From positions 2,656,001-2,720,000 of the forward strand of contig CAWHDR010000001.1 of the NCBI GenBank assembly GCA_963828165.1: a stretch of 64,000 bases of DNA, given 5' to 3'. The stretch's first letter is position 1. Each line of letters begins with the position of its first letter. Shown one piece after another: positions 22,056 to 30,638 of this stretch. This DNA is from an uncultured Chloroflexia bacterium (GTDB lineage Bacteria > Chloroflexota > Limnocylindria > Limnocylindrales > CSP1-4). Made by a program: the position numbers and the translations under genes. The notes under the pieces are model-generated. The model was not told where the DNA came from, did not search any database, and was given only the letters and a program-made list of their open reading frames with translations.

Positions 22056-22634
22056 TCAGCCCTGGCCGGCGAGCCGGCGGACCTCCTGGACCGACGAAAG
22101 CCGCTCGCTGAACTCGGCCCGGATCGCGGAGATGACGTCGGTATCGAGCATGAGCTCGCTGGCGATCTGATTCACTGCCGCCGACTCTTCGGCGGAGATC
22201 GTGCCGCTGGCCGCCCCGACCGCGAAACAGGCGCGGAGCACGTTGGTCCGCTGTTCCTCGGTGGCGATGCTCGTGAATTCCCGCGTCACGACGTAGTTCT
22301 CGGTGCCTCCGACGGTGCGTGCCTGGAGCTTGGCCATCTCGGTGACCAGGACCGCGGTGGGTTCGTCGAGCGCGCCGTGAGCCTGCAGCTCACGCTCCAT
22401 GACGGCGGTCTCTTCCGCGCTGATCTCGAGATCGGCGTGCGCGGCTCGGGCCAGCGTGTACGCCGCTGAGGCCACGAGCCGCGCCTGCTCGGCGGGCATC
22501 TCCTCCAGCCGCTCCACGATCCGGCGGACGGTGGCGGTCTCTCCGGCCGTGGTCGGTGCGGCGGTCAGTGCGGCCTCGGTCTGGGCTGCGGCCTGCTCAT
22601 GCTCGGGCCCGGGCCCGAAGATCCGTCGAAACAT
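22056..22634 (-). CDS. TerB family (tellurite resistance-like) protein
   Basis: AAHADLEISAEE and a second motif AASGTISAEE; AAGGAG RBS before ATG 22634. Confidence 0.8.
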   Translation of the reverse strand: MFRRIFGPGPEHEQAAAQTEAALTAAPTTAGETATVRRIVERLEEMPAEQARLVASAAYTLARAAHADLEISAEETAVMERELQAHGALDEPTAVLVTEMAKLQARTVGGTENYVVTREFTSIATEEQRTNVLRACFAVGAASGTISAEESAAVNQIASELMLDTDVISAIRAEFSERLSSVQEVRRLAGQG

Positions 22635-22723
22635 GGGTCTCCTTCGAGGTGGATGCCGTCCGTCACGATACCCGTTCCGGCGCTGGAGCCCACGGTGGTG
22701 CGAGTTCCGATACGCTCCGGACC

Positions 22724-23059
22724 GTGAACGTGACCCTGACGACGACCGGCCGCCGCAGCGGCAAGCCCAGAACGGTCCCGCTGTATGCATGGGAAGACGC
22801 CGATCGTCTCGTCGTCGTCGGGTCGCAGGGCGGGAGCGCGCACGACCCGCACTGGGCTCGCAACCTGCGGGCACATCCTCGAGCGACCGTCAAGAAGGGC
22901 CGCAATGTGCTCGACGTCCGCGCCAGCGAAGTCGCTGCGGCCGAGCGCGACCGCCTCTGGCAGCTCGTCGTCGAGGCGTTCCCCTTGTATGCGACGTACC
23001 AGCGGAAGACCGAGCGGGTCATCCCGCTGTTCGTGCTCGAGACGGTGGAAGCTGCCTGA
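22724..23059 (+). CDS. deazaflavin (F420)-dependent nitroreductase family protein, short form
   Basis: LTTTGRRSGKPRTVPL, VVVGSQGG, PHWARNL, YQRKTERVIP; start assigned from TACGCT-N7-GTG. Confidence 0.85.
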   Translation: MNVTLTTTGRRSGKPRTVPLYAWEDADRLVVVGSQGGSAHDPHWARNLRAHPRATVKKGRNVLDVRASEVAAAERDRLWQLVVEAFPLYATYQRKTERVIPLFVLETVEAA

Positions 23060-23092
23060 GGGTCGGCGGCGCCTGAGGGTCGGTGGCGCCTG
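23054..23092. repeat. 17-bp tandem repeat GCCTGAGGGTCGGYGGC, about 2.3 copies, between convergent genes
   Basis: Copies at 23054-23070 and 23071-23087, partial copy from 23088. Confidence 0.6.
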
Positions 23093-23096
23093 GCGG

Positions 23097-23549
23097 TCAG
23101 CGGCGCAACAGCCCTGGCACACTCGGCTCCGGGCCGCGCCAGCGTTCGATCTCCTCGGTCGCGAAGCGGCCGTAGTAGTTGATGAAATGGCCGCCGTGGT
23201 CACGCAGGACCGCGATGGACGCGGCCTTACGCGCGGCATCTCCGGGCTTCGTCATCACAACGGCCTGACCATCGCGGACGGCCTGCTCGTAGGTGGCCAT
23301 ATCCACGAGCTGGTCCATGAGCGTGAAGGAGACCAGGCGCCGCAGCCGGGCGATCACTCCGTTCGCGGCACCCGTGCCGTCCAATCGGTCGGCGCCTTCA
23401 GGACCGCGCAGGATCGTGATGTCCCGGTCCCGGATCGCTGCCGAGCGTAGAGCGGCGGCCGTCGCCGCGGCGGACGCGGCGTCTGGCAGCACGGCCATGA
23501 GCGAATCCGTCGGATAGCCGATGAACCGGCGCGTGGGGCTGGCTGGCAT
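23097..23549 (-). CDS. hypothetical protein (possible general-stress/YflT-like fold)
   Basis: 150-aa ORF with host-like codon usage; TACGAT-N9-ATG upstream; pattern AVLPD...AAAL...YEQAVRDGQAVV. Confidence 0.65.
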   Translation of the reverse strand: MPASPTRRFIGYPTDSLMAVLPDAASAAATAAALRSAAIRDRDITILRGPEGADRLDGTGAANGVIARLRRLVSFTLMDQLVDMATYEQAVRDGQAVVMTKPGDAARKAASIAVLRDHGGHFINYYGRFATEEIERWRGPEPSVPGLLRR

Positions 23550-23606
23550 GGCGGGCTCATCGTAGCGAGACAGCGAACGCGGTCGTTCGCGTCGTTGTGC
23601 GCCGGA

Positions 23607-23620
23607 AGAACATGTGTTCT
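23607..23620. promoter_or_regulatory. LexA/SOS box AGAACATGTGTTCT
   Basis: GAAC-N4-GTTC, the same pattern as upstream of uvrA and uvrB. Confidence 0.6.
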
Positions 23621-23658
23621 AAAATGCCCTGAGTCGGACCCGCTATATTGTTCGTCTT

Positions 23659-23745
23659 GCGGCGGTGCTGGAATTGGCATACAGGGCAGACTCAAACTCT
23701 GCTGCCCGTGAGGGCTTGTGGGTTCGAGTCCCACCCGCCGTACCA
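23659..23745 (+). tRNA. tRNA-Leu(CAA)
   Basis: Acceptor GCGGCGG/CCGCCGT-A-CCA; anticodon arm GCAGA-CTCAAAC-TCTGC; long variable arm; GGTTCGAGTCC T-loop; TATATT -10 at 23644. Confidence 0.96.
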
Positions 23746-23752
23746 GACCTCG

Positions 23753-24385
23753 ATGACCCCGGTATCCGGTGCTGCGCTGTGCCGCGCGATGCGGCCGGAT
23801 GTGCCAATGAGCGCGACCTCGGGCCCGCATATGCGTACCTACTCGGGCTCTATCTCGGCGACGGCACGCTTTCGCCTGGCCGACGGAACGTGTGGCACCT
23901 GCGAAATCAGCCTCGACGCCCGCTATCCGCAGATCATCGCTCGGGGTCAGCAGGCTAACGGCGAGGTAGGCGGGCGCCGCGTCGGCGCCACCGCACGACC
24001 CGGATGCATCGTGATCTCGAGCTATTGGAAGCACTGGGTCTGTCTGTTCCCCCAGCACGGACCCGGCCATACGCATGAGCGCTCGATCAAGCTCGAGGGG
24101 TCGGCACGAGGAGCCTGGTCGGGACGCTTCCCAGTCATTTCGCTCGGCGGCCTGATCGAGTCAGACGGATGTCGCGTCCTCGAACCGGGTGAAGGGACAG
24201 CGCCTGACCCTCGCTACTGTCTTCGTCCAGACCTCGTCCAGACCGATATCCGCGGACTTCGTCTTGGGCCGCCGGGTTGGCTGGGTGTGGACGTGGCCCG
24301 GGCCGACGGTCCGCGAACTGTCGCCGTGTCGCGGCGGAGCGAGCGTCGCGATCCTTGATCGGCTGCGTCGGTCCAGCAAGGCGTA
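23753..24385 (+). pseudogene. frameshifted LAGLIDADG-like endonuclease/DNA-binding gene adjacent to the tRNA
   Basis: Across frames: AYAYLLGLYLGDG; ISLDARYPQII; SYWKHWVCLFPQHGPG; LGGLIESDGCR; ASVAILDR. Several indels; the ends are approximate. Confidence 0.75.
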
Positions 24386-24406
24386 CACGGACACCCCGCG
24401 ACGGTC

Positions 24407-24434
24407 GGAACCTGAGCCCACGGTACCCGCGTCT
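24407..24434 (+). promoter_or_regulatory. ECF sigma promoter (autoregulatory) GGAACC-N17-CGTCT
   Basis: Typical ECF -35 GGAAC and -10 CGTC upstream of the ECF gene; second copy at 25723. Confidence 0.7.
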
Positions 24435-24503
24435 CGCCGACCGATGCTAGACTCCCCCCGCCTCACGTCCGCCAGCATCGCCGTCCGGAGGGACCCCCAG
24501 ACC

Positions 24504-25112
24504 GTGGAGGACCTTCGCTCGACGACGGTCACCGACGACCCCGTCCAGCGCCGCGACCTCATCCTCATCGAGCGCGCCCGATCGGGCGACCTCGATGCAT
24601 TCAACGACCTCGTCGTGCTGTACCAGGATTCGTTGTTCGCGCTGGTGGTGCGCATGGTTCCGGATCGCGACCAGGCGTCGGACTGCGTGCAGGAAGCGTT
24701 CTTCTCCGCGTACCGCAATTTGGCCTCGTTCCGCGGCGGCAGCGTCAAGTCCTGGCTGAACCGGATCTGTGTCAACGCCGCGATGGACACCCAGCGAGCC
24801 CGGAAGCGCCGGCCCGTCCAGCCGTACCCCGAGTTCGAGGACGAGAGCTGGCAGCCACCGGCCGGGGCGGAGGCCGATCCGGAGCGCACCGCGGTCCACG
24901 CCGAGCGCAGCCGGGCGATCGCGGCGGCCCTGACCCGCATCACCGACGACCAACGAGCGGCGATCGTCCTGTACGACATCGAGGGCTACGACTACGGCGA
25001 GATCGCGGAGATGACCGGTGTCTCGCTGGGCACTGTCAAGTCGCGGATCCACCGTGGCCGCCTGGCCCTGCGGGACATCCTGTCGGAGCGGATGGAGCTC
25101 TTCCGTGGCTGA
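24504..25112 (+). CDS. ECF RNA polymerase sigma-70 factor
   Basis: GDLDAFNDLV, DCVQEAF, SWLNRICVN, YGEIAEMTGVSLGTVKSRIHRGR; GGAGGG RBS before GTG 24504. Confidence 0.93.
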   Translation: MEDLRSTTVTDDPVQRRDLILIERARSGDLDAFNDLVVLYQDSLFALVVRMVPDRDQASDCVQEAFFSAYRNLASFRGGSVKSWLNRICVNAAMDTQRARKRRPVQPYPEFEDESWQPPAGAEADPERTAVHAERSRAIAAALTRITDDQRAAIVLYDIEGYDYGEIAEMTGVSLGTVKSRIHRGRLALRDILSERMELFRG

Positions 25113-25695
25113 TCGGATGGGTCACGCCGGGCACGATCCCTTGCTGGTCGCCGGGGCCGCGGATCGAGGCGCACGGCTCGCCCCGGTCCTGGATCTCTGT
25201 GTGCGCTGCGTCGGGCTGTACGTCGACCTGCTCGCGGTGACGGCCGCGCTGCCCATGTCGGCGGTGCCCGTGCGTCCGCGCTCGTTCACGCTGACCGCTG
25301 GTGATGCGCGACGCCTCCGGCCGGTCGGTTGGCGGGGGTGGTGGTCTGCCGTCGGCTCTGCGCGTGACACCGTGACGCGCCCGCTCGCCGTGGGCATCAC
25401 GACACTCGGCCTCGCCGGCCTGCTTCTCACCGCCGCGCCCACGCTGTCTGTGGGCCTGGGCTGGGCCGCGACCTCGAGCGCAGCGCCTCCAGAGGTCGCC
25501 AAACTCGCAGCCACACCGATGCCGAATGACCGAACGCCGATCGCATTGGCCGGCGACAACCACGAGCACGGGACCACGGTCGAGTCGGATCCGGGTCTGT
25601 CCCCGACCCTGACGCTCTCCGTCGGGCTGCTCGTGGTCGGGGGCGGGCTGTTCGTGGCCCGCCGGCTGGCCGCCCACGGACCTCCGATGCGATGA
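25105..25695 (+). CDS. putative membrane zinc-binding anti-sigma factor, paralogue 1
   Basis: Overlaps the sigma stop codon; HAGH...CVRC; PVRPRSFTLT; two hydrophobic segments. Confidence 0.7.
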   Translation: MADRMGHAGHDPLLVAGAADRGARLAPVLDLCVRCVGLYVDLLAVTAALPMSAVPVRPRSFTLTAGDARRLRPVGWRGWWSAVGSARDTVTRPLAVGITTLGLAGLLLTAAPTLSVGLGWAATSSAAPPEVAKLAATPMPNDRTPIALAGDNHEHGTTVESDPGLSPTLTLSVGLLVVGGGLFVARRLAAHGPPMR

Positions 25696-25722
25696 TGCGG
25701 ATCGACGATCGGGCGCCATGCG

Positions 25723-25749
25723 GGAACCACCTGGCCGTCGAGGTCGTCT
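25723..25749 (+). promoter_or_regulatory. ECF sigma promoter GGAACC-N16-CGTCT upstream of anti-sigma paralogue 2
   Basis: Same -35 and -10 words as at 24407. Confidence 0.65.
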
Positions 25750-25759
25750 GGTGGAGGAC

Positions 25760-26506
25760 ATGACGGAAGCGAATCAGCCTGCCAACCCCGCGGATCATGC
25801 CGCCCATGACCCCACATGGATGGCTGCGCTGGCTACCCGAGAACCTGATCTGAGCCCCTCCGAGCGCCCCCGAGCGGAGGCGGCGCTCGAGTCGTGCGAC
25901 GCGTGCAGGGACCTGTTCGCCGATCTCGTCGCCCTCTCGGCGGCGATCCCCGCTGCGGCGATCCCGGCCCGACCGCGTGATTTCACCCTGACCGCCGCCG
26001 ATGCGGCGCGGCTTCGGCCGCACGGTCTGCGTCGCGTGCTCAAGGCCATCGGATCGGCCCGCGACGGCGTCACGTTCCCGCTCGCCATGGGCCTGACCAC
26101 GATGGGTATCGCCGGGATGCTGCTTGCGACCATTCCGGCAGCGTTGAGCGGCACCGGCGGAGCGGCCTCAGACAACCTGTCGGCGGTGGGGCAGGCAGCG
26201 CCGATGCCAGCACCCGCATCTGCCGCCGCGGCCGCATCTGCGGCTCCTGCGGCGGAGGCTCCGGGCGCCGAGGCGACCGACGCCTACGCGTTCAGCGCTG
26301 CCCCGACCTCCGAGACGGCCGGCGGCGAAGTGTTCTCTGGAGACGATGGCGACACGGCGCTCGAAGCCCGACTGGACGCGACCGCGACGCTGGAGGCGAT
26401 CCGCGACGACGCCACGGGACGCTCGGCGCTCCTGGTGGCCGCGGCTACGCTGCTCATCGCCGGTTTGGGGTTGTTCCTCCTCCGCTGGTCCGCCCGCCGC
26501 CTCTGA
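25760..26506 (+). CDS. putative membrane zinc-binding anti-sigma factor, paralogue 2
   Basis: GGAGG before ATG; HAAH...CDAC; PARPRDFTLT; two transmembrane segments; clearly similar to paralogue 1. Confidence 0.72.
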   Translation: MTEANQPANPADHAAHDPTWMAALATREPDLSPSERPRAEAALESCDACRDLFADLVALSAAIPAAAIPARPRDFTLTAADAARLRPHGLRRVLKAIGSARDGVTFPLAMGLTTMGIAGMLLATIPAALSGTGGAASDNLSAVGQAAPMPAPASAAAAASAAPAAEAPGAEATDAYAFSAAPTSETAGGEVFSGDDGDTALEARLDATATLEAIRDDATGRSALLVAAATLLIAGLGLFLLRWSARRL

Positions 26507-26620
26507 TACGCGGCCGCCGCCCGCGGCCGCTGAGGGCCGGTGACGGTACACTCATTGGGCGCCGCCATGGTCGGGCCGCAACCGCCGCCGGCCGCCGCGA
26601 CGCCACCCTGAGGCCAAGCC

Positions 26621-29561
26621 ATGGAACGCCTGATGCTGCTCGACGGCTACGGGCTCGTCTACCGCGGCTACTACGCGCTGCCGCCGCTGACGACGTCCCG
26701 TGGCGAGCTCGTCAACGGCGTGTTCGGCTTCGCGAGCATCGTCCTGCGCGGCCTCCAGGACCTCCAGCCCGACTACCTGGCGGTCTCGTTCGATCTCCCG
26801 GGCCCAACGTTCCGCCACGAGCAGTACGCCGAGTACAAGGCCACCCGGCAGCGGATGCCGGACGACCTGCGCGACCAGTTCCCGAAGGTGCGCGAGGTCG
26901 TGAAGGCGTTGCGGATCCCGGTCTACGAGATGCCCGGGTTCGAGGCCGACGACGTCATCGGGACCATCACCAAGAAGCTCGACGGCAACGAGGGGCTCGA
27001 GACGACGATCGTCACCGTCGATCTGGACATGCTCCAGCTGGTGACGCCGCGGGTGCGGCTGATGACCACCCGGTCCGGCGTGGAGAACACGGTCATGTAC
27101 GACGTGGCTCGGATCGACGAGCGGTTCGGCCTGCGGCCCGACCAGATGGTCGACTACAAGGCGCTCAAGGGCGACCCCACCGACAACATCCCCGGCGTTC
27201 CGGGCGTGGGGGAGAAGACCGCCGCCAAGCTGATCCGCGAGTTCGGCAGCCTCGATGACATGTTCGCCCGGATCGACGAGGTCACACCGGAGAAGCTGCG
27301 CGACAAGCTGCGCGAGCACTTCGACCAGATCCAGATGGGCCGCGAGCTCTCGCGCATCGTGTGCGACCTCCCGGTCGAGCTGGATCTCGAAGCGGCGCGC
27401 CTGGGCGACTACGACCGCGACACGGTCGTCCGGCTGTTCCGTGAGTACGAGTTCCGGACGCTGATCGAGCGTCTCCCGCCGATGGCCGGCAAATCGGCGG
27501 AGCAGCGCTCAGAAAGCCTGCGGAGCGTGGTCGACAGTGGGTACGTGCCGGCGGCCCGGGTCGCGGGTCGCCCTGAAGGCTGGGGCCCCGGCCGGGCCAC
27601 CGCGCGTCCCACCGGCGGAGAGTTGCAGCTCCGGCTCGACTTCGACGCGGTGACCGGGCCTGCCTCCGGTGACGCGGCCACGGACGCGACCGAGCACGCG
27701 GCGCGACCGCTCGCTCGAGCCCGCCGACGACCTGCCCTCGGCCCTGGCGGCCGCGATCGTCGACCCGGGCCGCATCGAGGTTCGACACGCCGATCGGATC
27801 GCGGACCTTGAACCGTGGCTGGTCGCCCAGCCGGCGGTCGGCGTATCGCTCCTGCTCGACGACCCGCGGCCTCGTCGCGGCACGGCGCTGGCGCTGGCGG
27901 TCGCGGGCACGGACGGCCGGGTCGTCGCGGCCGAGGGAGCCGAAGCGGCCGATGCGCTGCGGCGGCTGCTCGAACGGCTCGGCACCCCGCTCGTCGGGCA
28001 CGAGGTCAAGCCGCTGATCGTGGCCCGCTTCGCCGACGATCCCGCGTCCACGTCGCCCGAGATCGCGTTCGACACGCAGATCGCGGCGTATGTCCTGAAC
28101 GCCGCGCTCCGCAGCCAGACGATCCCGGACGTGGTGGCCGAGAACCTCGACCAGATCCTGCCACCCGCCACGGACCTCCCGGCCACGGCGCGCGCCGGCC
28201 TCGAGGCCCTGTCGGCGATCGCGGTCCGCGAACCGCTCGAGAAGCGCCTGGCGGAGGTGGGGCTCGAGCGGCTGTTCCGCGATATCGAGCTGCCATTGAT
28301 CCCGGTGCTTGCCCGGATGGAGGCGGTGGGCGTTGCCCTCGATCTCGAGGCGCTGGCAGTCCTGGACCGGGAGTTCGCCGCCGAAACCTCCCGGCTCGAG
28401 CAGGAGATCTACGTCGACGTCGGGCACGAATTCAATCTCGGCAGCCCAAAGCAGCTCGAGCAGATCCTGTTCTTCGAGCTGAACCTGCCGAAGGGCAAGC
28501 GCACGAAGACGGGCTTCTCGACGGACGCGTCGGTGCTCGAGGAGCTGCGGCCGGCGCACCCGATGATCGACAAGCTCCTCGAATGGCGCATCTACACGAA
28601 GCTGCGCTCGACGTACGTCGAGGCCCTACCCACGTTGATGGCTGCGGACGGTCGGCTGCACACGACGTTCCACCAGGCCGTCGCCGCGACCGGCCGCCTG
28701 TCGTCGTCCGATCCCAACCTGCAGAACATCCCGATCCGCACCGAGCTCGGGCGCAAGATCCGCCGGGCGTTCGTGGCCGGTGAGCCAGACCTGGTACTCC
28801 TGGCCGCCGACTACTCGCAGATCGAGCTGCGGATCCTCGCCCACGTGTCGGGCGATGAGCACCTCAAGGATGCCTTCGCCCGCGGGGCAGACATCCATCG
28901 AGAGACCGCCGCCCGTGTACTCCACAAGGCGCCCGAGGAGATCACGAAGGACGAGCGGTCGATGGCCAAGATGGTCAACTTCGGTCTGGCCTACGGGATG
29001 AGCGACTTCGGGCTGGCATCGCGCGCGAACATCCCGCGGGGGGAGGCGCAGGAGTTCATCAACAGCTACTTCGCGGCGTACTCCGGCATCAGCTACTACA
29101 TGATGGCCATCAAGGAGCAGGCCAAGGCGCAGGGGTTCGTCGAAACGCTGCTGGGACGCAAACGGCAGATCCCCGAGCTTCGGGCATCCAACCCGGCGCT
29201 CCGCGGCGCGGGCGAGCGGATGGCCATCAACATGCCGATCCAGGGCACGGCCGCCGACATCCAGAAGATCGCGATGATCCGCGTCGCCGAGCGTCTTGCG
29301 GCCGAAGGTTCGCGCGCCCGCCTCCTGCTGTCCGTTCACGACGAGCTGCTGTTCGAGGTCCCGCGCGACCAGATCGAGCCGCTGGCCGCGCTCGTGCGCG
29401 AGACGATGGAAGGCGCGCTGCCGTTGTCCGTGCCGCTCACCGTCGACGTGAAGGTCGGCGACGACTGGGAATCGATGACGCCGCTCACCCGCGAAGACGC
29501 CATCGCCGCGGAGGCCGACGAGATGCCGCTCGAGGCGCCCATCGCGCCCCTCGTCGGCTAG
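26621..29561 (+). CDS. polA: DNA polymerase I (one +1 frameshift near 27700, probably an assembly error)
   Basis: 5'-3' exonuclease (LLDGY, FEADDVIGT, GDPTDNIPGVPGVGEKTA) in ORF 26621; polymerase motifs (ATGRLSSSDPNLQNIP, ADYSQIELR, VHDEL) in ORF 27669. Confidence 0.95.
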
Positions 29562-29570
29562 GTCCCGCCG

Positions 29571-30638
29571 ATGCCTGAGCTTCCCGAGGTCGAGACGGTC
29601 GCGCGCGACCTGCGGCCGCGCCTCGTCGGCGCGACCATCGTGGGCGCCCGCACGTCGTGGGCGCGGACGCTGCGTACCCACGACCCGCTTGCCTTCGCCG
29701 AGGCCGTCGCCGGGCGTACGGTCGAGTCGGTCGACCGGCGGGCCAAACAGCTGGTGATCGGTTTGAGCGGGGACGCGGCGCTCACGATCCATCTCAAGAT
29801 GACCGGTCAGCTGTTCGTCGTGCCCGCCGATGCGCCCGACGACCCGTACGTCCGGTTGGTCCTGGAGCTGGCCGACGGGCGCGAGCTGCGTTTTCGCGAT
29901 ATCCGCAAGTTCGGCAAGGTGGGCTTGTACGGTCGCGACCCGGTCTCGGGCGAGCTCGTGGCCGAGATCGGGGGCGCTGCCGTGTTCGCGGCGATCGGGC
30001 CCGAGCCGCTGGGGGACGAATTCACCGTACGCGAGTTCCGGCGCCGGCTGCGCCGGCGCAAGGGGCGTCTCAAGCCGCTCCTCCTCGATCAGTCGTTCGT
30101 CGCCGGGGTCGGGAACATCTACGCGGACGAGTCGCTGTGGCGATCGCGGCTACATCCGCTTCGGTCCGCTTCGTCCCTGCGACCACCCGACGAGCGCCGG
30201 TTGTACGAGTCGGTCCGTGCCGTGCTGGCGGAAGCGATCGAGCGCCGCGGCTCGTCGATCGACGACTACACGGCACCGGACGGCGACGGGTCGATGCAGG
30301 AGCGGCTCGACGTCTATCAACGGACCGGGGAGGCCTGCCGGCGGTGTGGCCGGCCGATCCGGCGTGTGGTCGTTGGTGCCCGGTCGACCCATTTCTGCTC
30401 GTGGTGCCAGCGCCTTCCGGCGGCCGACCGCAAGGCCGCGCGGGCCATCCTGCGGACGCTCAGCGGGGGCGAGGTCCGGCGTGGCCCGCGCTGGACCGAG
30501 CTGGCAGGGGAGGGAACCGTCGGCCTGACCCCGGGCGAGGCGGCGCGGGCCGTCGCCCGCGCCCGGACCGATCGCACGAAGCGGGCGGCGGCGACCCGGC
30601 GAGCCGCCGCACGCGCCTCCGTCGCGGGTGGCGGCTGA
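29571..30638 (+). CDS. mutM: formamidopyrimidine-DNA glycosylase with C-terminal extension
   Basis: MPELPEVET, HLKMTGQL, AGVGNIYADE, zinc finger CRRC...CSWCQ. Confidence 0.96.
   Translation: MPELPEVETVARDLRPRLVGATIVGARTSWARTLRTHDPLAFAEAVAGRTVESVDRRAKQLVIGLSGDAALTIHLKMTGQLFVVPADAPDDPYVRLVLELADGRELRFRDIRKFGKVGLYGRDPVSGELVAEIGGAAVFAAIGPEPLGDEFTVREFRRRLRRRKGRLKPLLLDQSFVAGVGNIYADESLWRSRLHPLRSASSLRPPDERRLYESVRAVLAEAIERRGSSIDDYTAPDGDGSMQERLDVYQRTGEACRRCGRPIRRVVVGARSTHFCSWCQRLPAADRKAARAILRTLSGGEVRRGPRWTELAGEGTVGLTPGEAARAVARARTDRTKRAAATRRAAARASVAGGG

Noticed and set aside
23054-23092. CRISPR-like repeat
   Set aside because: Only about two adjacent 17-bp copies, with no spacers and no cas genes.
24189-24503. 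N-terminal extension of the ECF sigma factor
   Set aside because: It overlaps the LAGLIDADG remnant and the ECF promoter; the SD-supported start is GTG 24504.
23659-26600. Integrative element or prophage at tRNA-Leu
   Set aside because: No integrase and no duplicated tRNA 3' end were found in the window.
29657-30637. N-terminal extension making ABC-F 1015 aa
   Set aside because: It is an alternative frame over mutM; the real start is the coupled ATG at 30638.
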